DNA of 37,271 nucleotides from a virus (IMGVR_UViG_3300025621_000026:1-37271); one strand, 5' to 3'; counted from the stretch's first letter, positions 1-8,660 are shown. Notes: generated by a model from the sequence alone, not told the origin. Numbers and translations are program-made.

Positions 1-118
1 TGTTGATCGTCTGTGTTGAACTGTTGCCAGTATAAAGGTAGGTGCTGAAGACATCTTCAACATACTCACCCCCACCACCAACACCAGCGGCGGCTTGAAC
101 TACGTCACGTACTGCCAT
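1..118 (-). CDS. 5' fragment of the repeat-domain tail protein gene (duplicate of 36512-36629), truncated by the window start
   Basis: 1-118 is identical to 36512-36629; ATG at 118 encodes MAVRDVVQAAAGVGGGGEYVEDVFSTYLYTGN. Confidence 0.85.
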   Translation of the reverse strand, partial: MAVRDVVQAAAGVGGGGEYVEDVFSTYLYTGNSSTQTIN

Positions 119-119
119 A

Positions 120-779
120 TTAAGCTCCCGCCATTCCAAGTCCGAGGACAAAACCACGCCACGTCGTTCCACCGTCATGCGTAAAGAATGCCAGTGTGTC
201 AACACCAGCCGCTGTCAGTGTGGGAGCCGTTGCCGCCGCCCAAGTAACGCCTGAGAAGAACGTTAAGGCCGCAGAGCCACCGTTGGTCACCTCAAGCACA
301 AATGCACTTACAGAGCCACTAGAGGCCACGTTGCTAACCGTTAGCGTTTGAGCGCCTGACAAGGTGTAGGTGAAGTAGTTGCCAGCAGACAGATCGATGT
401 CGTTAGCACCCATTGCCACCTTGGTTTCCTTTAAGGCGGTCATCGTTTGTGCAGCAGTAAATGTCTGCGCTACATCTAGTTTAGCTGTGTCAGCATCATA
501 GGCTTGAACAGAAACACCAATAGCTGAAGTAGGTACAACACCTGTTAATGTATTGTCTGCGTAAGCGATGGTCTTATTGGTTAGCGTATTAGTAGACGTA
601 GCGGTGAGGTAATCACCAGCGTCAATTAAATAGGGGACAGATGCCCACGCAGTTGTGCCATCGCCAATCTTAATCTTACTTGTGTCAGTCTCAGCACCCA
701 TCTCACCTAAAGCAAGGATTGGGTTGGCTGTAGTCCAGTTAGAAGCGGTATCCCGACGAATTTGAATTATGCTAGCCAT
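120..779 (-). CDS. Tail fibre/minor tail protein with Mtd_N-like N-terminal domain, allele A (219 aa)
   Basis: N-terminus IQIRRDTASNWTTANPILALGEMGAETDTSKIKIGDG is typical of Mtd_N/hyaluronidase-type fibre N-domains; TAATG coupling to the upstream gene. Confidence 0.75.
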   Translation of the reverse strand: MASIIQIRRDTASNWTTANPILALGEMGAETDTSKIKIGDGTTAWASVPYLIDAGDYLTATSTNTLTNKTIAYADNTLTGVVPTSAIGVSVQAYDADTAKLDVAQTFTAAQTMTALKETKVAMGANDIDLSAGNYFTYTLSGAQTLTVSNVASSGSVSAFVLEVTNGGSAALTFFSGVTWAAATAPTLTAAGVDTLAFFTHDGGTTWRGFVLGLGMAGA

Positions 780-1630
780 TAAGCTGTACCTCCGTTAATT
801 ACTTGAGAAATTGTATAAACACTATTAGAAAAACCACCATCTACATAAAGAATTTCTGTTATTGTAGTTGTTGTGGGTGCTACTTGAATCCAACCACCGC
901 TTGTATAAACACGCATTTCAGTCTCTTCAGTGTTGTAATATAACGCACCTATTAACAAAGCATTACCGTCATTGTCAACACTGGGGTTAGAAGCCTTTGA
1001 GCCTAAGTAGCGATCATCAAACTCATCAAAAGAGGCAGCAGCGGCTATTGCTGAGTTGTCGGCGTCTGTGGCATACCCTGATGCTTCTACTGCGCTTGCA
1101 GCGGAGTTAATGGCTGATTGATTAGATTCACCAGCCTTAGTTGTTGAAATACCAGCTTGATTCGTTGAAATAACAGCTTGATTTGTTGAAATAACAGCTT
1201 GAGCAGTAGCATCGTCAACCACTCCCGCAGTAGAAGCAGCACTGGCAGCAGCAGCATCTCGTGCAGTTTCAGCCAAACCTTGAGCAGTTTGAGCACCAGT
1301 TTCAGCTGTTTCAGCGTTAGTTTCAGCCAATTCAGCGGCTGTTTGCGCTGTTTCAGCATTAGTTTCAGCTAGTTCAGCAGCTGTTTTAGCCGCCTCAGCA
1401 GCCGTCTTAGCCGCTTCAGCATCAGTTTGAGCAGATTGAGCAGCAGTTTTAGCCGCATCAGCAGCAGTAGCATCGGCAGCTACACCAGCCTCAGCAGCTT
1501 CGGCGGCAGTGGCAGAAGCTTCAGCTTCAACAGCGGCTTCTTCTGCTCTTAGCGTTAATTCTGTAACTTCGTTTAAGGTGATGCCACTGCTAATGTCACC
1601 AGCACCTCCTACTCCACGATAGATAGCCAT
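779..1630 (-). CDS. Ala/Thr/Glu-rich coiled-coil tail fibre protein
   Basis: Start moved to ATG 1630 (AAGGAG RBS); heptad repeats (AAKTAAE, AETNAET, QAVISTN); C-terminal FDDRYLGSK..DNDGNAL..GALYYN motif common in podovirus fibres. Confidence 0.7.
   Translation of the reverse strand: MAIYRGVGGAGDISSGITLNEVTELTLRAEEAAVEAEASATAAEAAEAGVAADATAADAAKTAAQSAQTDAEAAKTAAEAAKTAAELAETNAETAQTAAELAETNAETAETGAQTAQGLAETARDAAAASAASTAGVVDDATAQAVISTNQAVISTNQAGISTTKAGESNQSAINSAASAVEASGYATDADNSAIAAAASFDEFDDRYLGSKASNPSVDNDGNALLIGALYYNTEETEMRVYTSGGWIQVAPTTTTITEILYVDGGFSNSVYTISQVINGGTA
1143..1202. repeat. 3 x 21-nt tandem repeat in the fibre gene
   Basis: GTTGAAATA(C/A)CAGCTTGA at 1143, 1164 and 1185; encodes QAVISTN/QAVISTN/QAGISTT. 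Confidence 0.9.
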
Positions 1631-1681
1631 GTTTTCTCCTTGTAAACCTTTGTTGAAAGGCTCTAACAAAAGCCCTTTAAC

Positions 1682-1710
1682 AAAGGAAACCCTCCGAAGA
1701 GGGCTCCTTT
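1682..1710 (-). terminator. Rho-independent terminator after the major capsid gene
   Basis: Minus strand AAAGGAGCCCTC-TTCG-GAGGGTTTCCTTT(GTT); C(UUCG)G tetraloop. Confidence 0.75.
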
Positions 1711-1717
1711 AGCCTAA

Positions 1718-2644
1718 TTAGGCTGTCATTGCAATTGCAACAGCAGCTTCATCACGCAACTCTTTCACGCCATACAGCATGTCAGAGGTAAACAATGTAC
1801 CCAAGTACTCTTGCTTGTACTGAGTCTGTGAGCGTACGCCCAGCTGCTCACCCAACACAAAGGCATCCTTGTGGAACATCATACCAATACGAGCGTCGCC
1901 AGTGGCAGTCTCGCAGTTGGTAGAGACGTAAACCTTAACGCCATAGACGTTACCGATTTCACCGTTACGGATAGTGTTGTTATTACCAACGTCACCCACA
2001 AAAGCTTGCTCAGTGAAACGAGCCAAGCCCATCATCACGTTACGAGCCACTGGAGGCAGAACCAACACACGACCGTCCATAGGCACGTCTTGATCATCCA
2101 GAGTTTGGATAATCTTACGGATACCTGCGTCAGTGATAGCTGATTCGTTACCGCCTGTGTACAGGGTAGAACCGTCACCACCGATAACAGCCTTGTTATA
2201 GGCAATAGTACCGTCACCACCTTGTGAGTCACGACCCAACTGGAGGAGATCAGTATCAACTTGCTTAGCCAGCGCATAACCAGCGTCGCCCGTGTAGAAC
2301 TTACGCAGTGATGACAAAGCTTGAGCTTCCGTGATGTCTTCAATCATACGGCTATACTCGTAGTGCTTGTCGATTACCAACAAGACTTCAGTATTTGCTG
2401 TTTGTTGAATAGTCACAGCAGTTGCTGCGGCTTTTACAATGGCAGAGCCACGAGTGGGCTTAGGGATATGGAGAGTGTCGCCTTTTTTGCCCTTGAAGGA
2501 CATCTTAGAGACGAGGTTCGCCATAACGAGGTTTTGCTTGTAGGCTGCGATGATTTCGTCAGACCACAATTCTGGGATGAAGGTACCAGCGTTTGCTTTT
2601 GTTACAACGCTTGTAGAACTACCGGGAAATGCTTGATTTGCCAT
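1718..2644 (-). CDS. Major capsid protein
   Basis: FIPELWSDEII, KGDTLHIP, GYALAKQVDTDL, GNVYGVKVYVS, YGVKELR motifs; lies downstream of the scaffold gene; followed by a terminator. Confidence 0.92.
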   Translation of the reverse strand: MANQAFPGSSTSVVTKANAGTFIPELWSDEIIAAYKQNLVMANLVSKMSFKGKKGDTLHIPKPTRGSAIVKAAATAVTIQQTANTEVLLVIDKHYEYSRMIEDITEAQALSSLRKFYTGDAGYALAKQVDTDLLQLGRDSQGGDGTIAYNKAVIGGDGSTLYTGGNESAITDAGIRKIIQTLDDQDVPMDGRVLVLPPVARNVMMGLARFTEQAFVGDVGNNNTIRNGEIGNVYGVKVYVSTNCETATGDARIGMMFHKDAFVLGEQLGVRSQTQYKQEYLGTLFTSDMLYGVKELRDEAAVAIAMTA

Positions 2645-2662
2645 AATTATCTTTCATAATGT

Positions 2663-3448
2663 TTATTTAACACGACCCTCCGCATAAGCATTCATGATTT
2701 CTCCAGAAAGCTCTTGATAACGGTCAGGGTCAGTACGCATGAGATTAATGATGTCGGCTCTGCGATAGGTTTTCTTACTTGCTGTCTCTCCAGATCCTTT
2801 GGTTGAACCAGTGGATGCTGAACGAATAGCTTGCTTACGCTCAATCTTCTCAACCGCTTCTGACTGGTTAACTACTTGTTTTCGTTCTTTCCAAGTAGTT
2901 AACAGTTCATTAGCTGCGTCAAAGTCGAAATTGCGATCAGCTCGACTAAATAGCTCTTGCCTTACTTTGCTCTTACCAATCCATTCACCAAAGCTACCGT
3001 CTTGAACGACTTCAGTAAAATCAGGGTGAGCGCTTTTAAGGTTTGCCATCGCCTCTGCCCTCTTTAATTGTCCGTTAAGCTCTTCCGCTTGGCGAACCTT
3101 AGGGTGTCGATCAATAGCTCGTGCAATAGCTTGGTCGGGGTCGGTAAAGAAATCTATCTCATCCTCGACTGCTGGGGCTTGTTGTTGTTGTGAGACGGTT
3201 TGGGTTTGTACAAAGTCATCTACAATGCGCCGAAGTTCGCCAACTTCACTCCCTTGTTTGCCGATAGCTCTTTCGGCTTCTTGATGCATACGGACAATAT
3301 CTTTAACAGACTTGCCTCTGTACTTATCGGGAATGTCATCGTCTTCTTGGGTTGGCTCCTGTGGAGCTTCCTGTTCTACCTCTTCAACAGAGGAAAACTC
3401 TTCGCCTTGTTGTAGGTCTTCTTCACCTTCGTCCATAAATGTTGCCAT
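2663..3448 (-). CDS. Capsid scaffolding/assembly protein
   Basis: Acidic N-terminus, IPDKYRGKS..HQEAE..IGKQGSEVGELR, C-terminal AYAEGRVK; immediately upstream of the capsid gene. Confidence 0.8.
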   Translation of the reverse strand: MATFMDEGEEDLQQGEEFSSVEEVEQEAPQEPTQEDDDIPDKYRGKSVKDIVRMHQEAERAIGKQGSEVGELRRIVDDFVQTQTVSQQQQAPAVEDEIDFFTDPDQAIARAIDRHPKVRQAEELNGQLKRAEAMANLKSAHPDFTEVVQDGSFGEWIGKSKVRQELFSRADRNFDFDAANELLTTWKERKQVVNQSEAVEKIERKQAIRSASTGSTKGSGETASKKTYRRADIINLMRTDPDRYQELSGEIMNAYAEGRVK

Positions 3449-3499
3449 TAAACTCTCCGTGCTAAATAAGCATTGTGGAATATAATTATGTGCTTATGC

Positions 3500-3739
3500 T
3501 TAATCTAAAGCGGCACTCTTTTGTTCCTGCTTTATCTTCTCGTTTCGCTTCCGTTCCCACTGCATTGCTGCTCCAGGAAAATCTCCGGTCACGCCCTCAA
3601 GTTTGACCATAGGCTTGCTAACGATACGGATAGCAGGTTGACCACACACTTTACATTCGGTTGTTCGGAGTTCCGAATCGATGTAAGCTTCTGTAATGTG
3701 ATCGTCTGAGCAGATAAACTCATAGATACGCTTAGGCAT
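3500..3739 (-). CDS. Small zinc-ribbon protein (FmdB-like)
   Basis: MPKRIYEFICSDDH...CKVCG..AIRIVS; start moved to ATG 3739. Confidence 0.65.
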   Translation of the reverse strand: MPKRIYEFICSDDHITEAYIDSELRTTECKVCGQPAIRIVSKPMVKLEGVTGDFPGAAMQWERKRNEKIKQEQKSAALD

Positions 3740-3974
3740 ATTGTTCCTTCTCAAAGTCCTCGTAACTGTTTTTAATCGATGACTCGTAAGAAAGGACTCG
3801 CTGCAACGCTTCTATTTGTCCTCTGCGGAACCAGAATTGTTTCTCGTCTGGAATGGTAGTAATATCCTGAAGCAAATCCATATTGTCGGATATATCTTCT
3901 ACATATTGCTTCCATCCCTGTGAGGAAAACAAATCTAATAACGTTTCGTAATACTGTTGTAATTCTTTGTCCAT
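3732..3974 (-). CDS. Conserved portal-adjacent hypothetical protein
   Basis: 80-aa ORF with AAGGA RBS, downstream of a consensus promoter. Confidence 0.75.
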   Translation of the reverse strand: MDKELQQYYETLLDLFSSQGWKQYVEDISDNMDLLQDITTIPDEKQFWFRRGQIEALQRVLSYESSIKNSYEDFEKEQYA

Positions 3975-4009
3975 CTCTTTTTCCTTTCTTTGTTAGGAGA
4001 GATGTTGCT

Positions 4010-4038
4010 ATTATACCACACTTTTAACAATTTGTCAA
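4010..4038 (-). promoter_or_regulatory. Sigma70-type promoter for the scaffold/capsid operon
   Basis: TTGACA-AATTGTTAAAAGTGTGG(17)-TATAAT; perfect consensus with extended -10; the -35 overlaps the portal stop codon. Confidence 0.85.
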
Positions 4039-6023
4039 GCGTTTTGTTTACTTTGCATTTGCATAGTAGCAATACGCTCATTGCTTTGTATGTCTTTCTC
4101 TTTAAGCATTAGATCGGCAATCTTTGCTCGTTTGGCGAATTCAGCTTCATCTGCGTTACCTGTCTGTAGGTTAGTAGAGAGAGCTGCCGCCAACTTAGCC
4201 TTAACAACCTCTGGCTCCAATTGAGATTCGATTGAATACTTCTGGGCACGAGCTTGCGCTTCCATAGTTTGAGCCTGTATCAATTCAAGTTGAGCCTGAG
4301 CCATCTGAGCCTGTTGCTCCATTTGCTGTTGTTGCGCCTGTTGTGCTTGTTGTTCTGCTTCTGGGTTAGGTTGCATAGATTGTTGCAACTGAGCCATGAG
4401 TTCTTCACGGTTAGACAGACCCATGTTGTCAATAACAGCAGATACCAGCATTGGGTACATTGGGCTATCTTGACCCAACGTCTGCAACAGTTGAACCAGT
4501 TGTGTTACCTCGTACTCACGGGCAATAACACCCAGAGATGATGAAGGTACAAACTTATAATCGCTAACAGGGTAGTTATCAGGGTCAAACTGCATGTAAC
4601 GCCATGCTGTCTTCTCGATCATAGGGATCAGGAAGGACTCTTGGAAGTTAATCAGGGTACGCTTGTGGCGCTTAATGATTGCACCCATCGACATGGACAC
4701 AGCACCAGCAGCAGCGTCACCATTGATAGTGCCGGGGATGCCAGCAGCGTCAATAGCACCAGTAGCCATCTGAACCATCTTCTGAAGCTCACCTGCCTGA
4801 GCAAAGGTTACCTGATCTAGGTTACCAAACTTAAATGGCTGGAGGATTTCAGCAGGGTTGCCGTTAGTCAGGATAGTCTTGCCCGGACGTACTTCCATCT
4901 TAGCCCCACGAGGCATACGAGAAGCGTCCATAGCGATCATAGGATGCACGGTGAGGGCTAGGGCATCAATACGAGCACGAAGCTCAGCATCAAGCGCCTT
5001 CTGGCTGTTATAACCCTTCTCACAGATACCACGACCCCAGAAACGAGAGGGAACTACATCCCAAGGAAACGCTACAACAGGACGATCCTGCATCATGTAG
5101 GGGTTCTCTTCGATCTTGAGTAGTTGACCGCCGTTGGCAATAACAATGATTGCCTCAACGTAGCCCTCTTCCTCTTCTTCTTCATCGTCATCAGATGTCA
5201 GCGTCTTAGACATCTCATCATCATCTTCCTCGTCTAACATGGCCTCGTTAAACAAGTGTTTTGGCACTAAACCGTAGTATTTAGTAAGGCGTACCTTATC
5301 TTCGTCAAAAGTAGACAGCTCTTTGTCTGCTTCCAAGTTAATGTCGGTAGCTGCGGTCTCAATATCAACATCACGATAGATACCGTTCTGTATACCTAGC
5401 TTAACTTGGTGTGTTGGTACAAATTCGTCAATAACAACACCTAAAGCATCCTCAATAGAAGTAGCTACAGGGTCAATTAAGAAGTTTTGTGGTAGAACAG
5501 GGCGTAGTTTAACAACAACACGGTCTACAATGTTAACACCAACCGCTTCCATCGCACCATCCATAAGAGGTTGCGTAGCTGGCTTCATTTCCTTGACTTC
5601 TTCGATGACTATTTCGCCAATACCAGTGCCAAAAACAGCAGAGTTTAGCAAACACTCAGCAACAGCCTTACGTGTCTTAGTAAAATGGAAGTCTTCTGTT
5701 AGTTGCTCACGTAAATAAGCAATATCTTGTGGGTCTTTGTCGTTGCGGTCATCACGAATGTCAAACCACTTACCACGTCCAAAGGTAGCTTCCTCTACTT
5801 CAGCTACAGATGACTCTACGGCTTGTTGTAGGGCAGGGGAAATAAGACGTGAACGCTCTGAATCACGAGTTTTATCCTCAGCAGCCCAAATACCACGCCA
5901 GAGACGGTAGTACTCGTCAAACTTTTGCTCGTAGTTAGCCTGATAGTGATCACGCCACTCATCGGCTTTGTTAATAACCCAGTTTTCTAACTTTGGGTTA
6001 GCAAATTTGTTGTCATCATCCAT
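4035..6023 (-). CDS. Portal protein
   Basis: 662 aa, directly after TerL; RFWGRGICEKG..SQKALDAELRARIDAL motif; Q-rich helical C-terminus. Confidence 0.88.
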   Translation of the reverse strand: MDDDNKFANPKLENWVINKADEWRDHYQANYEQKFDEYYRLWRGIWAAEDKTRDSERSRLISPALQQAVESSVAEVEEATFGRGKWFDIRDDRNDKDPQDIAYLREQLTEDFHFTKTRKAVAECLLNSAVFGTGIGEIVIEEVKEMKPATQPLMDGAMEAVGVNIVDRVVVKLRPVLPQNFLIDPVATSIEDALGVVIDEFVPTHQVKLGIQNGIYRDVDIETAATDINLEADKELSTFDEDKVRLTKYYGLVPKHLFNEAMLDEEDDDEMSKTLTSDDDEEEEEEGYVEAIIVIANGGQLLKIEENPYMMQDRPVVAFPWDVVPSRFWGRGICEKGYNSQKALDAELRARIDALALTVHPMIAMDASRMPRGAKMEVRPGKTILTNGNPAEILQPFKFGNLDQVTFAQAGELQKMVQMATGAIDAAGIPGTINGDAAAGAVSMSMGAIIKRHKRTLINFQESFLIPMIEKTAWRYMQFDPDNYPVSDYKFVPSSSLGVIAREYEVTQLVQLLQTLGQDSPMYPMLVSAVIDNMGLSNREELMAQLQQSMQPNPEAEQQAQQAQQQQMEQQAQMAQAQLELIQAQTMEAQARAQKYSIESQLEPEVVKAKLAAALSTNLQTGNADEAEFAKRAKIADLMLKEKDIQSNERIATMQMQSKQNA

Positions 6024-6024
6024 A

Positions 6025-7278
6025 TTAATATCCTGAAATTGTGTCTAAGTACTCGTACTCTTCCTCTTCAAAATCTAAAACATAAGCTACTTTTGCAAGT
6101 TGCTCAATGTAAGATAATGCATCGGGTAAGTCATCATGTACTAGTTTGTTTGGAAACTGGAATAGTTGGTCTAGGAACTCGTTGTTCCAATCACCCTTGT
6201 TAAGCTTAACGTAACCATTCTCAAAGCGCCCTTGCAGCGCCCATACGACACGATCTGTCTTCTTCTTATTACCGTGTGTAAGCTCATCAACCCTAAAGAA
6301 GGTTTGACTTCTCTTCATAATGTCGTTCATGTAGGGCATAACCGCCTGTCTAGCGATACCCTTCTCAATCCCAACTGCTATAGGTTCGTACTTCTTAACA
6401 GCATCAAATATCTTCTTAGCTGTTTCTTTAACATCCCACCTACCGTAGATAATCTCTGCTACCCACCAACCATTTTCGTTGGCTTTCACTATAGCCATAG
6501 CAGTAGAGTCAAGGCGAGTGTTTTTAACACCCTTACTTCCATCTTCCTCAAAACCCGCTAAGTCAACCGCTATGTAGAAGTCACCCTCTTTAGGCTCTTC
6601 CTCATCAAACTTTATCCACTCTTCTTTGAATAACTCTCCACCTGCCGCCTCGAAAGATGCCATAAACTCCTGCCGGAATGCAAATGAGGACATGCTTTTC
6701 TTAGCTGCCTCGATTTCCTTTGCGTCAAGTAATGGGTTATCAAACGAAGTGAAGTGGAAAGACTTAAATGTCTCATCTTCACCCTTTAGTCCATATTGAT
6801 ATAAATCGTAGAAGTGGTTTCTACCCATAGGCGTACCAATGAACATGGCACGACCCTTCAAGTCAGCTAAAGCAGGTCGAAGGATTTGCTCCCACACCAT
6901 CGGCTTCATATCTGCATACTCGTCAAGGACTAAGAATTTTAACGAAACACCCCGCATCGTTTCAGGGCGGTCAGCACCTTTGAGACTAATAGTTGCCCCA
7001 TTGATAAGCTTAATCTGCAAGTTGTTAATGTGGCTACCTGTAATGACAGCATGACCCACCTCAAGCAGGACTTGCCACATGATGTCACGAGCTTGACCTT
7101 GTGTAGGAGCAACATAGAATACATGACCTTTTTCGCTTTGTAGCGCTTCAACTATTAATCGGTAAGCAGCTAACCTACTCTTACCAGTACGCCGACCAGC
7201 CGCTACCACATGGAAACGAGTCTCGTCAGCCCATACCGTCTTTTGCCACGGTAACAGCTCAATCTTTAAATCACTCAA
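6025..7278 (-). CDS. terL: Terminase large subunit
   Basis: Walker A AGRRTGKS, Walker B LVLDEYA, coupling motif IGTP, nuclease AVDLAG and HDDLPDA; TTG start. Confidence 0.95.
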   Translation of the reverse strand: MSDLKIELLPWQKTVWADETRFHVVAAGRRTGKSRLAAYRLIVEALQSEKGHVFYVAPTQGQARDIMWQVLLEVGHAVITGSHINNLQIKLINGATISLKGADRPETMRGVSLKFLVLDEYADMKPMVWEQILRPALADLKGRAMFIGTPMGRNHFYDLYQYGLKGEDETFKSFHFTSFDNPLLDAKEIEAAKKSMSSFAFRQEFMASFEAAGGELFKEEWIKFDEEEPKEGDFYIAVDLAGFEEDGSKGVKNTRLDSTAMAIVKANENGWWVAEIIYGRWDVKETAKKIFDAVKKYEPIAVGIEKGIARQAVMPYMNDIMKRSQTFFRVDELTHGNKKKTDRVVWALQGRFENGYVKLNKGDWNNEFLDQLFQFPNKLVHDDLPDALSYIEQLAKVAYVLDFEEEEYEYLDTISGY

Positions 7279-7729
7279 GGTTTTTTAGGTAAACGGTCTT
7301 TTTACCTTCCTTAACAGCACGTAGCACTTGGTTGTTATTCTTACCCTCTTCGAATGAGCAGTGAACCCATCCGCTATTTGGCTCACCTTCTTTGTAAAAC
7401 TCTAGGATGAGTTGTTTGAAAGTAAGGTTATCAATAATCCACTTAGCTAAATCTTTATTGTCTAAACCCGGAACCTCGAAGTCAGCCGCACAACCCTTAC
7501 AGTGGTCGCTTGTAGTACTCCCACCAATCGCCTTGTTTAACTCAGGGGATCGGTAGCCACTGGTGACGGTAACTACCCCATGTGAGTCTCTAACCTTCTG
7601 TAGCACCATGTTACACAGGGTGGTTAAGTTGTTTAACACCTCATTGTTTGGTGTGTTGTCAATATCCTTGCGAATTGCCGTATCACTTTTAGTTAACTCT
7701 TGGAGGCTAAAATTGCGTGAAAGTTTCAT
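7271..7729 (-). CDS. Endolysin, peptidase M15A family
   Basis: MKLSRNFSLQEL, TSGYRSPELNKAIGGS..SDHCKGCAADF, WVHCS; start moved to ATG 7729. Confidence 0.85.
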   Translation of the reverse strand: MKLSRNFSLQELTKSDTAIRKDIDNTPNNEVLNNLTTLCNMVLQKVRDSHGVVTVTSGYRSPELNKAIGGSTTSDHCKGCAADFEVPGLDNKDLAKWIIDNLTFKQLILEFYKEGEPNSGWVHCSFEEGKNNNQVLRAVKEGKKTVYLKNLE

Positions 7730-8139
7730 TATTTTTTCCTTAAATCTATAATCTTCTCTAACGTTCGACCACCAAAGTAGAAGGACATGATTAACATACC
7801 CCACTGCCCTAGTAGCTCAACGTAAGCGCTATTGGTGTTCATATCGAAAGCACTCATAATAGCAAACACAAAATAGCCTATAAGGATGGCTATTAGTGTC
7901 ATGGGTCGTATGTTTTTAGATAACCAACTGTCGCTGGTCATATCAGAGTTTAACCTAGCTGTGAGGTTGTTTTGCTCTGTTTCGTATAGCTTCGTCTCGT
8001 TAGCTAACTTTGTTAACTCACCCTCTTGGGCTAACCGAGCTAACTCTATTTGCGCCTTCGCCTTAGCCTCTGGGTCGGGGATAAGTTTGTCAATTAACTT
8101 ACCACCTATATTAAGTAATGAATCAAGTACCACTGACAT
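7729..8139 (-). CDS. Holin (GTA-type 3TM family)
   Basis: LIDKLIPDPEAKAKA, WLSKNIRP, two hydrophobic helices, FYFGGRTLEK; adjacent to the endolysin. Confidence 0.8.
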   Translation of the reverse strand: MSVVLDSLLNIGGKLIDKLIPDPEAKAKAQIELARLAQEGELTKLANETKLYETEQNNLTARLNSDMTSDSWLSKNIRPMTLIAILIGYFVFAIMSAFDMNTNSAYVELLGQWGMLIMSFYFGGRTLEKIIDLRKK

Positions 8140-8491
8140 CCTCCACGTCTATATAATTGTCCTCGTCAATCGTGACTGACTCACCAACACCACTGATGGT
8201 GATGTTAACAGATGGCCTACTGTTTGATGAGGTGGCCTTATCGAAATATGACATGGGTAACATACGGTCAACCAAAAGCTTCCACGCCGCTGCTTGATTC
8301 TTGTGGTCATCGTCAAGTGCAGCGTCTAAGATGGAGTCTAACACCTTGCGGGATTTAGGTGACGCCATCAACCGAGCTTTAAATTCCTCGATGGCTGAGG
8401 CATCCCCTTTAGGTCTACCAACTGGTCTTTTCTTAACTTCGGCTAACCTATCTTTCGATGGTCTACCCTTTTTCTTTGTTGGATTATCCAT
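8123..8491 (-). CDS. Probable terminase small subunit
   Basis: First gene of the late arm; GRP motifs (KKGRPSK, VGRPKG), AAWKLLVDRMLP, C-terminal VNITISGV. Confidence 0.65.
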   Translation of the reverse strand: MDNPTKKKGRPSKDRLAEVKKRPVGRPKGDASAIEEFKARLMASPKSRKVLDSILDAALDDDHKNQAAAWKLLVDRMLPMSYFDKATSSNSRPSVNITISGVGESVTIDEDNYIDVEDVSGT

Positions 8492-8520
8492 TGCTGGTTC
8501 CCCTATGTAGCACTAACTAG

Positions 8521-8565
8521 GCTATATAGACTACATACTTTCTAGTGCTAGTTAGTCTATATAGC
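8521..8565. repeat. Perfect 13-bp inverted repeat
   Basis: GCTATATAGACTA (8521-8533) ... TAGTCTATATAGC (8553-8565). Confidence 0.9.
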
Positions 8566-8631
8566 TATGAACTATGAGGTAGTGGTTAACCATATTTAGT
8601 AACCAGAAACATCATACCCTATATAGTACAT

Positions 8632-8660
8632 AGTATAACACACTTTTGCTATTTTGTCAA
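8632..8660 (-). promoter_or_regulatory. Sigma70-type promoter for the packaging/lysis operon
   Basis: TTGACA-AAATAGCAAAAGTGTGT(17)-TATACT. Confidence 0.8.

Larger units (their letters stand above)
1..840. repeat. Imperfect direct repeat with 36512-37271 (allele A of the tail-fibre locus)
   Basis: 1-118 = 36512-36629 and 751-840 = 37182-37271 exactly; the interior has SNPs and a net 80-nt length difference. Confidence 0.95.

Noticed and set aside
120-779. Diversity-generating retroelement (Mtd_N-like gene present in two variant copies)
   Set aside because: No reverse transcriptase. Differences are not adenine-specific, include many synonymous changes and a block replacement, and there is no C-type-lectin variable region.
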